From assembly GCA_963796105.1 (NCBI GenBank), contig CAWCKJ010000012.1, forward strand, positions 256,001 to 320,000: a stretch of 64,000 nucleotides of DNA. Reading direction: 5' to 3'. This DNA is from a candidate division FCPU426 bacterium (GTDB lineage Bacteria > Oederibacteriota > Muellerivitia > Muellerivitales > Muellerivitaceae). Under the pieces are notes generated by a model, which saw only the letters and a program-made list of their open reading frames with translations, did not search any database and was not told the DNA's origin. This document shows positions 30,097-39,307 of this stretch, piece by piece. Made by a program: the position numbers and the translations under genes. Numbering within the stretch: the stretch's first letter is position 1; every line of letters starts with the position of its first letter.

Positions 30097-30747
30097 TTAG
30101 ACGGGTTTGCGATGTTGGTCAACCCAATAACCCCAAGCCACCAGCAACCATTGGGCCATTCCGATCCAAGGAATGACCGCTAGATTGGCAGGCGGGTGGG
30201 ATAAAATACTGCCCAAATACATAATCACGAGGAAGGCCACCATGGCCCAAAGGCCCGCGTTTCCGACCTTGTCCAGGGCCTTGGTTGAAAGAAGATAAAT
30301 TTCCAAGCCTACAATGAGCAGGGATATTTCAAGCGCGATGGCCCAAAATGGATAATTCCAAAGCTCCCATCCCCACCGGGGCCCGCCTTGAAGGAACACC
30401 GGCAAATCCTGCTTATGCACAAAAAGATCCAAGACCCAGTGGCTAACTACCAACCCCGCTAATATCCAGGAAAGTTTCGAGTTGTTTCGGAGGGCCAGGT
30501 AAAGCAGGCCCCAGCCCGCGGCCCATACCAAGGCCATCAACAAGCTGTGGCTCAGGGGATAATCATAAAATTCAAAGGGTGACAACTTGGTGTAGTTGGG
30601 GGTAATCCGGAAATGCTCGAGATCCAGCAAGAGGTAAAAAGGGAAAAGAAGGTCCAGCCAAACGGCCGCAGCGAATAAGGTCCCCAAGGATGTTTTGGGG
30701 GCGATTTTTTTGGCCGCAAACCCGACGGCATAATGGCCTATGAACAT
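30097..30747 (-). CDS. Membrane protein, probable membrane-bound metal-dependent hydrolase
   Basis: MFIGHY, SHSL and SHWVLD..VH motifs; multiple TMs; AGGAGG RBS. Confidence 0.8.
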   Translation of the reverse strand: MFIGHYAVGFAAKKIAPKTSLGTLFAAAVWLDLLFPFYLLLDLEHFRITPNYTKLSPFEFYDYPLSHSLLMALVWAAGWGLLYLALRNNSKLSWILAGLVVSHWVLDLFVHKQDLPVFLQGGPRWGWELWNYPFWAIALEISLLIVGLEIYLLSTKALDKVGNAGLWAMVAFLVIMYLGSILSHPPANLAVIPWIGMAQWLLVAWGYWVDQHRKPV

Positions 30748-30887
30748 GTCAAACCTCCTGAAGATGATCCTATGAAAACTTGAAGATTGCCGGTTCACTT
30801 CCGGCGTTTCACAACACTATAAACGGGCCCCGGCGTTACGAAAAGCCAAAAAACACCGCCTAGCCCCAAGCGTTCGTCCCCAAGAAG

Positions 30888-31920
30888 CTACCTCCGCGTC
30901 AGAGAAACGATCAAAGCCGCCAATCCCACCACTAGCGCCCCCGCTGGAAGCCACTTGGAACTCAAGGCTTGGTCCAAGGGGCTGGCTCCCTGGTTTGAGT
31001 TGGCTGATTCCATCTTGGAGAATCTCCTGTTTCAAAACACTCACATCCTAAACGTTATCCCTGAGGTCCTTATGAAGGATGCTTAAATCCTGCTCCAATT
31101 CCGTGTCCGTGATGTTTTTCTTCTCGGCTTTTTGGGCCACCTCATCCAAGCGGTCCTCGGTTTTCTTTAGGTTTTCCTGGACCTCGTCGATGAGTTTCTT
31201 GACCAGTTTCAATTCCTCCTGGTTGTCCGCGTTGGTTCCTTTGATTTCATCCTGGCTTTTCCGGATGTCGTCCTGGTTTTTTTGGACAAGGTCGTATTTC
31301 TTGTCAATGTCAGCCTGGTAATCATCGGTTTTTTTCTCCAGGTCCTTGATGGTTTTTTTCATCCCATTGAACTCTTCCAGACTAGGCGCGGGAATGGGAG
31401 TGGCTGTCGCGGTGGGTTTCGGCGCTGGGGTCTTTGTTGGTTCCGCGGGGGCGGTGGAGGGTTTCGCCTCTTCGCCGGCCGAGAGGGCCGCGATCATTTT
31501 TTTAACCCGGTTTTCGAACTTCCAGGATGAGATTTTCCTGGCGCGGATGTCTTCGGTCTTTTCCTTGATCAGCTTCAGGATCACATCCAGGTCGCTCGTT
31601 TGATATTGGGTGTTCCCCGGCTTGAGGCTTTTCAAGTCCAATTGGGATAAGGTCGCGTCGATGGCAACCAACGCGTCGGTGATGTCATCTTCCGCGAGGC
31701 TCTTGGCGGATAGGTAGAAATCCTTTTTATCGCCCAAATACCCGGCCTGGGCTAGTTGTTTTACCTCCTGGATTTCCTCGTCAGAGGCCGAATCTGAATC
31801 ATCTTGGGCCAGGGCCAATTGGATCATTCGGGGGGTGAAAACCAGTAGGAGGACGAGTAAATAGGAAACGGTTCTTTTAAGGATAAATTTCAAGAAAGAT
31901 CCTTTCGAACATAATTTCAC
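30888..31920 (-). pseudogene. Secreted coiled-coil envelope protein with C-terminal TM anchor, interrupted by an in-frame TAG (31048-50) and a +1 frameshift (~31021); pseudogene or sequence error
   Basis: Heptads continue across the TAG (RDNV*DVSVLKQEI). Removing one base then gives SKMESANSNQGASPLDQALSSKWLPAGALVVGLAALIVSLTRR*. Confidence 0.7.
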
Positions 31921-31923
31921 ATG

Positions 31924-32238
31924 TTATCCGGTGACTTTGGGTTTACCAGTCTGACCGGAAACCTCGGGGTTTTCATCAGATCTTGGGGCGATATGTTTTT
32001 CATAAAGATAATCTAAGTAGGACACTAATAAAAACCCCCCACCCAGGATCAGGAAAATGAATTCCATCACACCTTGGGTCACGTCGTCCCAAATCGCCCC
32101 GCAGGTAAAGTAACTAATGACCGCAAGAACCACCAAGAAACCGAAAAACAGGAGATTCGCGCGGAAATAAACCTGGAACGGTGTTAAGTTTTTTTCGGCC
32201 ATCTTAGGCCCTTGGTTTTTTTTCACCGGTTCTTGCAT
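31924..32238 (-). CDS. Small two-TM membrane protein
   Basis: GAGAGG RBS before the ATG at 32238; two hydrophobic helices. Confidence 0.7.
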   Translation of the reverse strand: MQEPVKKNQGPKMAEKNLTPFQVYFRANLLFFGFLVVLAVISYFTCGAIWDDVTQGVMEFIFLILGGGFLLVSYLDYLYEKHIAPRSDENPEVSGQTGKPKVTG

Positions 32239-32272
32239 CTCTACCTCTCTCGTTTCACATATCAATTCAAAT

Positions 32273-32327
32273 TGTCATTGCGAGGAATGCCCCGTGAATA
32301 GCGGGGTGTTTATGACGAAGCAACCCC
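32273..32327. repeat. REP-like palindromic element (GTCATTGCGAG...GACGAAGCAA type)
   Basis: tGTCATTGCGAGGA - hairpin atgccccgt/gcggggtgt - GACGAAGCAAcccc. Confidence 0.55.
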
Positions 32328-32388
32328 AGTTATAAATAATTTCTTATAAAACCACTTTATCCGCAAATAATGGATTAAAGCAATAACT

Positions 32389-32970
32389 TCAAAATTTAGC
32401 CCTGGATCCCTGCTTAATAGCCTTCGTGCCCTTCTTGCAAAGGGGGCAATCCTTTTCTTCCCAACTCTCCACAACCATGGCCACGAGCGATTTAAGGGGA
32501 ACGTCAAAAGTGTTTTTTCCACCGCTTCGATCAATGAGACTGCCGACTCCTACTACATCCGCGCCCAGGGATCGGACGACTTGGATGGATTCCTTGACGG
32601 ATTTCCCAGTAGTGATGACATCCTCCACGGCGAAGATCTTCTCGTCTTTTTCAATGGTAAATCCCCTGCGCAGTTCCATAGCGTCGGTTTCCTTGTTTCT
32701 TTCGGTGAAGATGGCCCTCACTTTCAAAGCCCTGGCCAGTTCCTGGCCCACCACCACCCCCCCGAGCGCCGGGGAAACTACCGCCTTGGGCCCCAATGGT
32801 TTGATCATTTCCGCCAATGCCCCGCATAGTTTTTCCGCGTACCAGGGGTACTGGAGAACCAGGGCGCATTGAAGATACTGGTCGCTATGCCTGCCTGAGG
32901 ACAATTGAAAATGGCCTTTCAGGAGGGCTCCTGAAGCTTCAAAGATTTCCATCACTTCGGTTTTATCCAT
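32389..32970 (-). CDS. pyrE: Orotate phosphoribosyltransferase
   Basis: GHFQLSSGRHS, VEDVITTGKS. Confidence 0.96.
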   Translation of the reverse strand: MDKTEVMEIFEASGALLKGHFQLSSGRHSDQYLQCALVLQYPWYAEKLCGALAEMIKPLGPKAVVSPALGGVVVGQELARALKVRAIFTERNKETDAMELRRGFTIEKDEKIFAVEDVITTGKSVKESIQVVRSLGADVVGVGSLIDRSGGKNTFDVPLKSLVAMVVESWEEKDCPLCKKGTKAIKQGSRAKF

Positions 32971-33063
32971 TTAAAAACCTTTCTTCTTTGGGATAAGGAA
33001 ACATAGAGATGAAGAGAAATCAATCAATTCTAAACTTTGGCAAATTTGCGGGTCAAACTATGT

Positions 33064-33161
33064 CTCCCCCTCTGAAAGAGGGGGAATAAGGGGAAGTTAG
33101 TCTTTTCTTGCCTCTTTGCCAAAGGCGAATACCCCCTATCCCCCTTTTTCAAAGGGGGGAA
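33064..33161. repeat. REPIN/MITE-like element, copy 1 (CCCCCT-GAAAG-AGGGGG family)
   Basis: CCCCCTCTGAAAGAGGGGG..GGGGAAGTTAG ... AATACCCCCTA.CCCCCTTTTTCAAAGGGGG. Arms nearly identical to 51369-51461. Confidence 0.85.
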
Positions 33162-33237
33162 TTGGTGTTTACGATGCGTCCTTCAAGATTTTCCAAAGTC
33201 AATTCAATTGACAATCATTTTAACCGAGTTTAAGCGG

Positions 33238-34056
33238 TTAAAAAAACTTCTTCATTTCCTCGACCAGCTTTTTCGCCTGTTCTCGCGCGGCGTCGGCGAA
33301 GTTGTTCTCAGCGGAAGCATAAAGGATTTGGCGGGAAACATTCACCAAAACACCGTAACCATCGGTGGTTTTACCCTCTTTCAATACTTCCTGGAGGTCT
33401 CCGCCCTGGGTGCCAACTCCAGGCACCAGGAATACCGTATCTGGCGCCAACTTGCGTAGATCCTTTAGATATTGGGCCTTGGTAGCGCCGACCACCAGCC
33501 CAACCTGCCCCTTCTTGCCCTGACCCCATTGGATCGCTGTCTTCGCCACACGCTCATAAAGCTTTTCCCCGCCCTCTAATACTTGCAACTGGAAATCTGC
33601 GGCCGAGGGATTGGAAGTCAGGCAAAGCACGAATGAACAGGTTCCAGGATAATCCAGGAAGGGATCAATGGAGTCTTTACCCATATAGGGAGAAAGAGTC
33701 ACGGCATCGGACTTCAGGAGGCCATAAAAGGCCTTAGCGTATGCCGAGGAGGTATTGCCGATATCCCCTCTTTTGGCGTCAGCGATGAAAAGAGTGTCAT
33801 AGGGAATGGATTGGCGGAGCAATTCCAAGATTTCGAAACCCTTCGGACCGAGGGACTCGAAGAATGCCATATTAGGTTTATAAGCCACAGCTAAATCTCG
33901 TGTGGCTTCCACTATCAAACGGCAAAAAGTGAGGATACCCTCAGTATCCCGGGAAATATTATTCGGCATCTTGGCCAGGTCCACATCCAGTCCCACACAA
34001 AGACAGCCGTGGGTACGGACAATGGCGGATTTCAATCTTTCTGAGAAAGAATTCAT
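33238..34056 (-). CDS. pyrF: Orotidine-5'-phosphate decarboxylase
   Basis: LCVGLD, YKPN.AFFE, DAKRGDIGNT, LVPGVGTQGG, NVSR. Confidence 0.96.
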   Translation of the reverse strand: MNSFSERLKSAIVRTHGCLCVGLDVDLAKMPNNISRDTEGILTFCRLIVEATRDLAVAYKPNMAFFESLGPKGFEILELLRQSIPYDTLFIADAKRGDIGNTSSAYAKAFYGLLKSDAVTLSPYMGKDSIDPFLDYPGTCSFVLCLTSNPSAADFQLQVLEGGEKLYERVAKTAIQWGQGKKGQVGLVVGATKAQYLKDLRKLAPDTVFLVPGVGTQGGDLQEVLKEGKTTDGYGVLVNVSRQILYASAENNFADAAREQAKKLVEEMKKFF

Positions 34057-34173
34057 TCGGTCTCCAGGAACCTATAGGAACTTAGAATTCAAGAAGCTGA
34101 AACATTGTAGCGAATATCCAGAATGACCGTCACAGATATTTAATCTAAGCGACCAATATTCACTCAGAAAATA

Positions 34174-34644
34174 TCAGTGGTTGTCTTTTGGCCAACTCTT
34201 TATCTCCAGCTTTACATGGGCGAGGCCAGCTTCCCTCATGCCAATGGCCCGGCCAGCGGTTCTGGAGAGATCAATAATCCGTCCCGCGGCGTAAGGGCCT
34301 CGGTCATTGATCCGCACTTCAGTGGTCATTCCATTTTCCAGGTTGGTGACCTTCACGACCGTACCCAAGGGCAGGGTCTTGTGGGCCGCCGTATAGCCGT
34401 ACATGTCGTACATCTCCCCGCTGGCTGTTAAATGACCGTTAAAATCCTCCCCATACCAGGAGGCCATGCCATCCATTTCCTTCTTCCATGCATCGCTCCC
34501 GGTGCTAGGGCCTGATTCCACGCTAGAACCCTCATTCGGTCTGATTTGTTGGCGCAATGGCACACAACCGGTAAATAGTAATACCACCGGGAAAAATAAG
34601 CTTAGGGTGATAAAAACTTTTCTAATCCACACGAAGGGCTCCAA
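34174..34644 (-). CDS. rlpA: RlpA-family (DPBB) lytic transglycosylase lipoprotein
   Basis: Lipobox LFTGC, GMASWYG, TAAHKTLP, RINDRGPY, RIIDLS. Confidence 0.9.
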   Translation of the reverse strand: MEPFVWIRKVFITLSLFFPVVLLFTGCVPLRQQIRPNEGSSVESGPSTGSDAWKKEMDGMASWYGEDFNGHLTASGEMYDMYGYTAAHKTLPLGTVVKVTNLENGMTTEVRINDRGPYAAGRIIDLSRTAGRAIGMREAGLAHVKLEIKSWPKDNH

Positions 34645-35569
34645 TGAGTTCCTGGATGTCCTTTACGCCATTTTCAATCATGTAATTTTTGATGCCGTCC
34701 ACCACGTTGAGCGCCGCGTCGGGTTTGAGGTAGTTGGCCGTTCCCACGGCGACCGCGGTAGCCCCCGCCAAAAGATATTCCACCGCGTCCTCACCAGTCA
34801 CAATGCCGCCCATTCCCACGATGGGAACCTTCACCACTTGTCGAATTTGGTAAACCACCCGAAGACCTATGGGCTTGACCGCTGGGCCAGAAAGCCCCCC
34901 TGTCACGGTTTTCAAGATGGGTTTCCTGGTCTTGGCGTCAATAGCCATGCCCACCACAGTATTGATGGCGGATAACGCGTCCGTTCCCGCGTCCACACAG
35001 GCTTTCGCGATTTCTTGAACGCTGGTCACATTGGGGGATAGTTTGGTGATAAGGATGTGCGTGGTGGCCTTTCTCACCGCCGAGACCACCCTGGCAGCCG
35101 CCTCGGGTTTCGACCCAAACTCGATCCCTCCCTCTTTGACATTGGGGCAGGAAATATTGATTTCCAAGGCGCCGATTCCCGGTTGGCCCTCAAGCTTTTT
35201 GGCCAATTCGGCGTACTCATCCACGGTGCGGCCGTTGATGTTCACCACCACCGGCACTCCCGCCTTCCTCAGGAAGGGCATTTTCTCGGATAAAAACTTT
35301 TCCACTCCGACGTTTTGCAAACCAATGGCGTTTAACATACCTGAGGGAGTTTCCGCCATGCGAACCGTGGGGTTTCCTTCCCTAGGTTCCAGGGTGGTTC
35401 CCTTCACGGTCACTGCCCCAAGCCGGTTCAGGGGATAGAATTTGGAGATTTCCTCCCCATAGCCAAAGCAGCCGGAGGCCACCATGACTGGATTGGCCAT
35501 TCTTAATTTTCCGATGGTCACGGCCATTTTAGGCTGACCTGGTTTTGATTTAGGTTTAATGTTCTTCAC
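34622..35569 (-). CDS. pyrD: Dihydroorotate dehydrogenase class 1B catalytic subunit
   Basis: NPVMVASG, MLNAIGLQN, EINISCPN, KLSPN, GGLSGPAVKP. Confidence 0.96.
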   Translation of the reverse strand: MKNIKPKSKPGQPKMAVTIGKLRMANPVMVASGCFGYGEEISKFYPLNRLGAVTVKGTTLEPREGNPTVRMAETPSGMLNAIGLQNVGVEKFLSEKMPFLRKAGVPVVVNINGRTVDEYAELAKKLEGQPGIGALEINISCPNVKEGGIEFGSKPEAAARVVSAVRKATTHILITKLSPNVTSVQEIAKACVDAGTDALSAINTVVGMAIDAKTRKPILKTVTGGLSGPAVKPIGLRVVYQIRQVVKVPIVGMGGIVTGEDAVEYLLAGATAVAVGTANYLKPDAALNVVDGIKNYMIENGVKDIQELIGALRVD

Positions 35570-35576
35570 CGAATTC

Positions 35577-36410
35577 TCATTTCACTATATCCCAATCGAT
35601 TTTGGAGGCCTCAAAGACCGGTCCCTCGTTGCAGGTACGGATCATGCGGGACGGTCCCGAATCCTGTTTCACGGGGCAAACACAGGTCAAACAAATTCCC
35701 AAGCCGCAGCCCATATGCTCTTCCCAGGATAAATAGGCAGGTATCTTGTAATGGGCGGAAATCTTGGCCAAGGCCTTGAACATGGGCCTGGGACCGCAGG
35801 AATGAATCACCGAACCGGGCCGAATTTTCTCTGCCCGCAAAAAATTCTCCAGGAGCTGGGGGGCGAACCCCTTCATCCCCTTGGAGCCGTCATCAGTTGC
35901 CAAATGTATGGGAACCTTGAGCTTTTGGAAAACCTCCAGATCCACCAGATCCTCGGCGGTCCTGGCCCCCAGGAAAACAACCTGGGGAATTTTATTCTTT
36001 TTCAAATATTCCGATAGGAACACGAGGGGCGCGATGCCGATACCACCCCCAACCAGGAGGGCGGGATGACGCTTGTCCAAATTCGGGAAAGGCCGGCCAA
36101 GGGGCCCCAGGACCCCGATCATGCTTCCAGGCTTCAGGCCCGCCATGAGCTTGGTTCCCTTCCTGATCACGGCGTAAAGGATTTCCACTCGAGGCCTGCC
36201 CTTGGGGCCTGGCAGAAGCCGCGCGATGGAAAAAGGGCGCCGAAGGAGGGGGTCAAAACCTTCCGAAAGCCGAAGGCTGACGAATTGTCCCGGCAAGGCT
36301 TTGAAAAGGGTTCCATTGTCCTGGAATACCAGGCGGTGGTAATTCCCAACTGGGTGGTTTTCCAATACCGGGGTCCGGTAATCTTGGGGGCCCTGCCTTT
36401 GGGGACTCAT
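35577..36410 (-). CDS. pyrK: Dihydroorotate dehydrogenase electron transfer subunit
   Basis: LRRPFS, GPLG, GGGIG, CGP, M.CGLGICLTC...C..GPVF. ATGA overlap with rmlC. Confidence 0.93.
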   Translation of the reverse strand: MSPQRQGPQDYRTPVLENHPVGNYHRLVFQDNGTLFKALPGQFVSLRLSEGFDPLLRRPFSIARLLPGPKGRPRVEILYAVIRKGTKLMAGLKPGSMIGVLGPLGRPFPNLDKRHPALLVGGGIGIAPLVFLSEYLKKNKIPQVVFLGARTAEDLVDLEVFQKLKVPIHLATDDGSKGMKGFAPQLLENFLRAEKIRPGSVIHSCGPRPMFKALAKISAHYKIPAYLSWEEHMGCGLGICLTCVCPVKQDSGPSRMIRTCNEGPVFEASKIDWDIVK

Positions 36411-36955
36411 TTCCACTTCCCCTTCATCTCCTGCCAAGAGGGCAGAAGAAGGTCCTTTTCGGACAATCGGGGATTTTTGACTGGCCATTCGATCGCCAGA
36501 TCCAGATCATTCCACTTCACACCCGCCTGATCATCGGGAACATAAATATCCGAGCATTTATAGTGGACTACAGCCGTTTCCGATAAAACGCAAAAGCCGT
36601 GTAAAAAACCAGCGGGAATAAAAAGCTGGCGGAGATTTTCACCCGTCAAGGTGGTCCCATACCATTTCCCAAATGTGGTTGAACCAGGTCTCGCGTCAAC
36701 CGCCACGTCGAATATTTCACCCGTTACTGCCCTGACCAGCTTGGCCTGGGACCGCCTTAACTGGGCATGCAAGCCACGTAAAACGCCCTTTGTGGAATAG
36801 GACTGGTTATCCTGTACAAAGCCGCAAGTCACCCCAACCGCCTTGTAGGTATCCTGGTGGTAGGTCTCAGCCAAATAACCCCGGTCATCCCGGAAGGCCT
36901 TGGGCTCGAGGACCAGAACCCCTTCCAGGGGGGTCTTTTCAACCTTCAGGTTCAT
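36407..36955 (-). CDS. rmlC: dTDP-4-dehydrorhamnose 3,5-epimerase
   Basis: DDRG, VQDNQS, VLRGLH, Q.KLV, HGF. ATGA overlap with rmlA. Confidence 0.95.
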   Translation of the reverse strand: MNLKVEKTPLEGVLVLEPKAFRDDRGYLAETYHQDTYKAVGVTCGFVQDNQSYSTKGVLRGLHAQLRRSQAKLVRAVTGEIFDVAVDARPGSTTFGKWYGTTLTGENLRQLFIPAGFLHGFCVLSETAVVHYKCSDIYVPDDQAGVKWNDLDLAIEWPVKNPRLSEKDLLLPSWQEMKGKWK

Positions 36956-37827
36956 TCGTCCTTCTCCAACATGGATTTCAAGTATTGGCCGTAAGCGCTT
37001 TTGCCCAAAGCGGCCGCCTGTTTCTTCAAATCCTCCACTCCGATGAAGCCCAATCGGAAAGCCACTTCCTCGGGACAGCAAACCATCAAGCCCTGCCGTT
37101 CCTCGAGGGCCTGGATGAACATACTGGCCTGGAGCATGGCGTCGGGAGTTCCCGTGTCCAGCCAAGCCACTCCCCGTCCCAGCTTCTCTACCCGCAGGTC
37201 CCCGGTTTTTAAATAATCTTTGTTCAAGTCGGTGATTTCCAATTCCCCGCGGGCGGATGGCTTGAGCCGTCCCGCCCGGTCCGCCGCGGACCCGTCGTAA
37301 AGGTAAAGTCCCGTCACGGCCCAGGAAGAAGGGGGCGAGGCTGGTTTTTCCAGGATGTCATGAATCTTGCCGTTGGCGTCGAACTCCAAGACGCCGTAAC
37401 GCTGGGGGTCCTTCACCTGATAGGCGAAAACCGTAGCGCCCTTTTGTCCTTTTTTAGCCGCTCCCTGCAAAACCTCGGGCAAGCCGTGGCCATAAAAAAC
37501 GTTGTCCCCCAAGGCCAATGCGCAGGAATCCCCTGCCAGGAAATCTTTCCCAATTAATAGGGCCTGTGAAATTCCCTTGGGTTGGGCCTGAACCGCCCAG
37601 GTGAACCGGATTCCCAGCCAGGACCCGTCACCCAAAAGGCGCTGGAAGCCCGTTTGATCCTCGGGCGTGGTAATGATCATGATTTCCTTCACCCCGGTCC
37701 AGAGAAGCGTGGTCAGCGGGTAATAGACCATAGGTTTGTCATAAAGGGGCAAAAGCTGTTTGGAAACCCCCTTGGTGACTGGATGAAGGCGTGTTCCCGC
37801 CCCGCCGGCTAGCAGAATCCCTTTCAT
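36952..37827 (-). CDS. rmlA: Glucose-1-phosphate thymidylyltransferase
   Basis: LAGG.GTRLHP, SKQLLP.YDKPM, LGDN, EKP, RGELEITD, WLDTGT. Confidence 0.97.
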   Translation of the reverse strand: MKGILLAGGAGTRLHPVTKGVSKQLLPLYDKPMVYYPLTTLLWTGVKEIMIITTPEDQTGFQRLLGDGSWLGIRFTWAVQAQPKGISQALLIGKDFLAGDSCALALGDNVFYGHGLPEVLQGAAKKGQKGATVFAYQVKDPQRYGVLEFDANGKIHDILEKPASPPSSWAVTGLYLYDGSAADRAGRLKPSARGELEITDLNKDYLKTGDLRVEKLGRGVAWLDTGTPDAMLQASMFIQALEERQGLMVCCPEEVAFRLGFIGVEDLKKQAAALGKSAYGQYLKSMLEKDE

Positions 37828-38906
37828 GGCTTTCCTCCGTTTGGGGGTGGCGTCAGGCCTAAACGTTCCCGGTTGTAATTGTTTTTCTGGACCGCCTCGC
37901 ACCAATCCAGGTGGTCCAAATACCATTTCACCGTCTCCCGGATGCCCTGTTCCAGGGTCCGGCGGGGTTTCCAACCCAGTTCCCTTTCGGCAAGCGAGGG
38001 ATCGATGGCGTAGCGGCGGTCGTGGCCAGGCCGGTCCTTCACGAAGCGGATCAAGTCCTGGTAGCTCTTCTTGCCTTTCTCGATGAGGAAATTGTTGGTT
38101 TTAGCCGGCTTGATTTCCTCCAAAACCCCCAAAACGGTTCCAAGCAATTCTAGGTTGGCGCGTTCCGACCTGGCTCCGAACAAATAATGCGCTCCCAACC
38201 TTCCCTTTAAGAGGGCGGCCATGACCCCTTCGGCGTGGTCTTCCACATGGATCCAATCCCTGACCTGCATTCCATCCCCATAAACAGGAAGGTCCTTCCC
38301 TTCCAGGGCGTTTAGGATCATGAGGGGAATCAATTTTTCGGGGAACTGATAAGGCCCATAATTGTTGGAGCAGTTGGTCACGACCACCGGGAACCCGTAG
38401 GTTTCATGGTAAGCCCGGGCCAAGTGATCCGCCGCGGCCTTGCTGGCGGAATAGGGTGAATTGGGCGCGTAGGGACTGTTCTCGGTAAAGACCCCCGTCT
38501 TGCCCAAGGCCCCGAAAACCTCGTCGGTGGAGATTAGGACGAACTTGAATCCGGCGGGCAGTCCCTTTGTCCTTTTGCAGGCTTCCAGAAGCTCGAAGGT
38601 CCCCATGACGTTGGTGGTGAGGAACCTGGAGGGATCGTCGATGGAACGGTCCACGTGGGTCTCCGCGGCGAAATGGACGACCGCGGCGGGTTTATGGGTT
38701 TCCACCAACTCCCTTACCAATTTCCTATCGGCGATATCACCCTTGATAAAGGTAAAACCCGGCTTATCGCGCACATCGTCCAAAGTGCTTTCGTTGCTGG
38801 CGTAAGTCAGCAGGTCCAGGACCACCGCCTCATGCCCGGCGGCCAATGTTTTCCGGACGAAACAGGACCCGATGAACCCCGCCCCGCCCGTGATGATAAT
38901 TTTCAT
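37824..38906 (-). CDS. rmlB: dTDP-glucose 4,6-dehydratase
   Basis: TGGAGFIGS, AAETHVDRSI, STDEV, YSASK, DRPGHDRRYA. Confidence 0.97.
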   Translation of the reverse strand: MKIIITGGAGFIGSCFVRKTLAAGHEAVVLDLLTYASNESTLDDVRDKPGFTFIKGDIADRKLVRELVETHKPAAVVHFAAETHVDRSIDDPSRFLTTNVMGTFELLEACKRTKGLPAGFKFVLISTDEVFGALGKTGVFTENSPYAPNSPYSASKAAADHLARAYHETYGFPVVVTNCSNNYGPYQFPEKLIPLMILNALEGKDLPVYGDGMQVRDWIHVEDHAEGVMAALLKGRLGAHYLFGARSERANLELLGTVLGVLEEIKPAKTNNFLIEKGKKSYQDLIRFVKDRPGHDRRYAIDPSLAERELGWKPRRTLEQGIRETVKWYLDHLDWCEAVQKNNYNRERLGLTPPPNGGKP

Positions 38907-38984
38907 GTTTTTCCCCGTTGTTTATTTGCCGGATAGTTTAACAGCAAAAAATTTGTTTATCATTTTTAATAGTTCATGCAACTC

Positions 38985-39265
38985 CTTTCCAAAATAGACT
39001 TTAGCCACAGATGCAGGGGATACATGGGATTTAAAAAAACATAAATTTAAAGCCATTTTTTCTTTGTTCTATCCGTGTGCATCCCCTGAATCCGTGCCGA
39101 TCAACCATAAAAATATATTGAGTTCGGTACAGTACCAGCCTCCTTCCACTATTTTAAGTAAGGCTGGCACGTGGCAAAGGACTTGGTTTTGTTTAAGGCC
39201 TTTTCGATTTAAAAATATCTGGTTTTATTTATCGTCGTTAAATGAATTTTGTTTAATTTGGACGG
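38985..39265. mobile_element. MITE-like element copy 1, with a nested 77-bp insertion
   Basis: Homologous to 53984-54185. Imperfect terminal IR (TCCAAAATAGAC / GTTTAATTTGGA) and internal GCCACAGATGCA...TGCATC..ATCCGTG palindrome. Confidence 0.75.
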
Positions 39266-39307
39266 CTATGAGTTTGGGACGAAAAACCAGGAATAAGGAC
39301 GGACGTG

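Noticed and set aside
31048..31050. Amber recoding or pyrrolysine
   Set aside because: TAG ends ppdK, pyrD, the PilZ gene, the NUDIX gene and the TA1 toxin at natural positions, and a frameshift is also needed to repair this gene.
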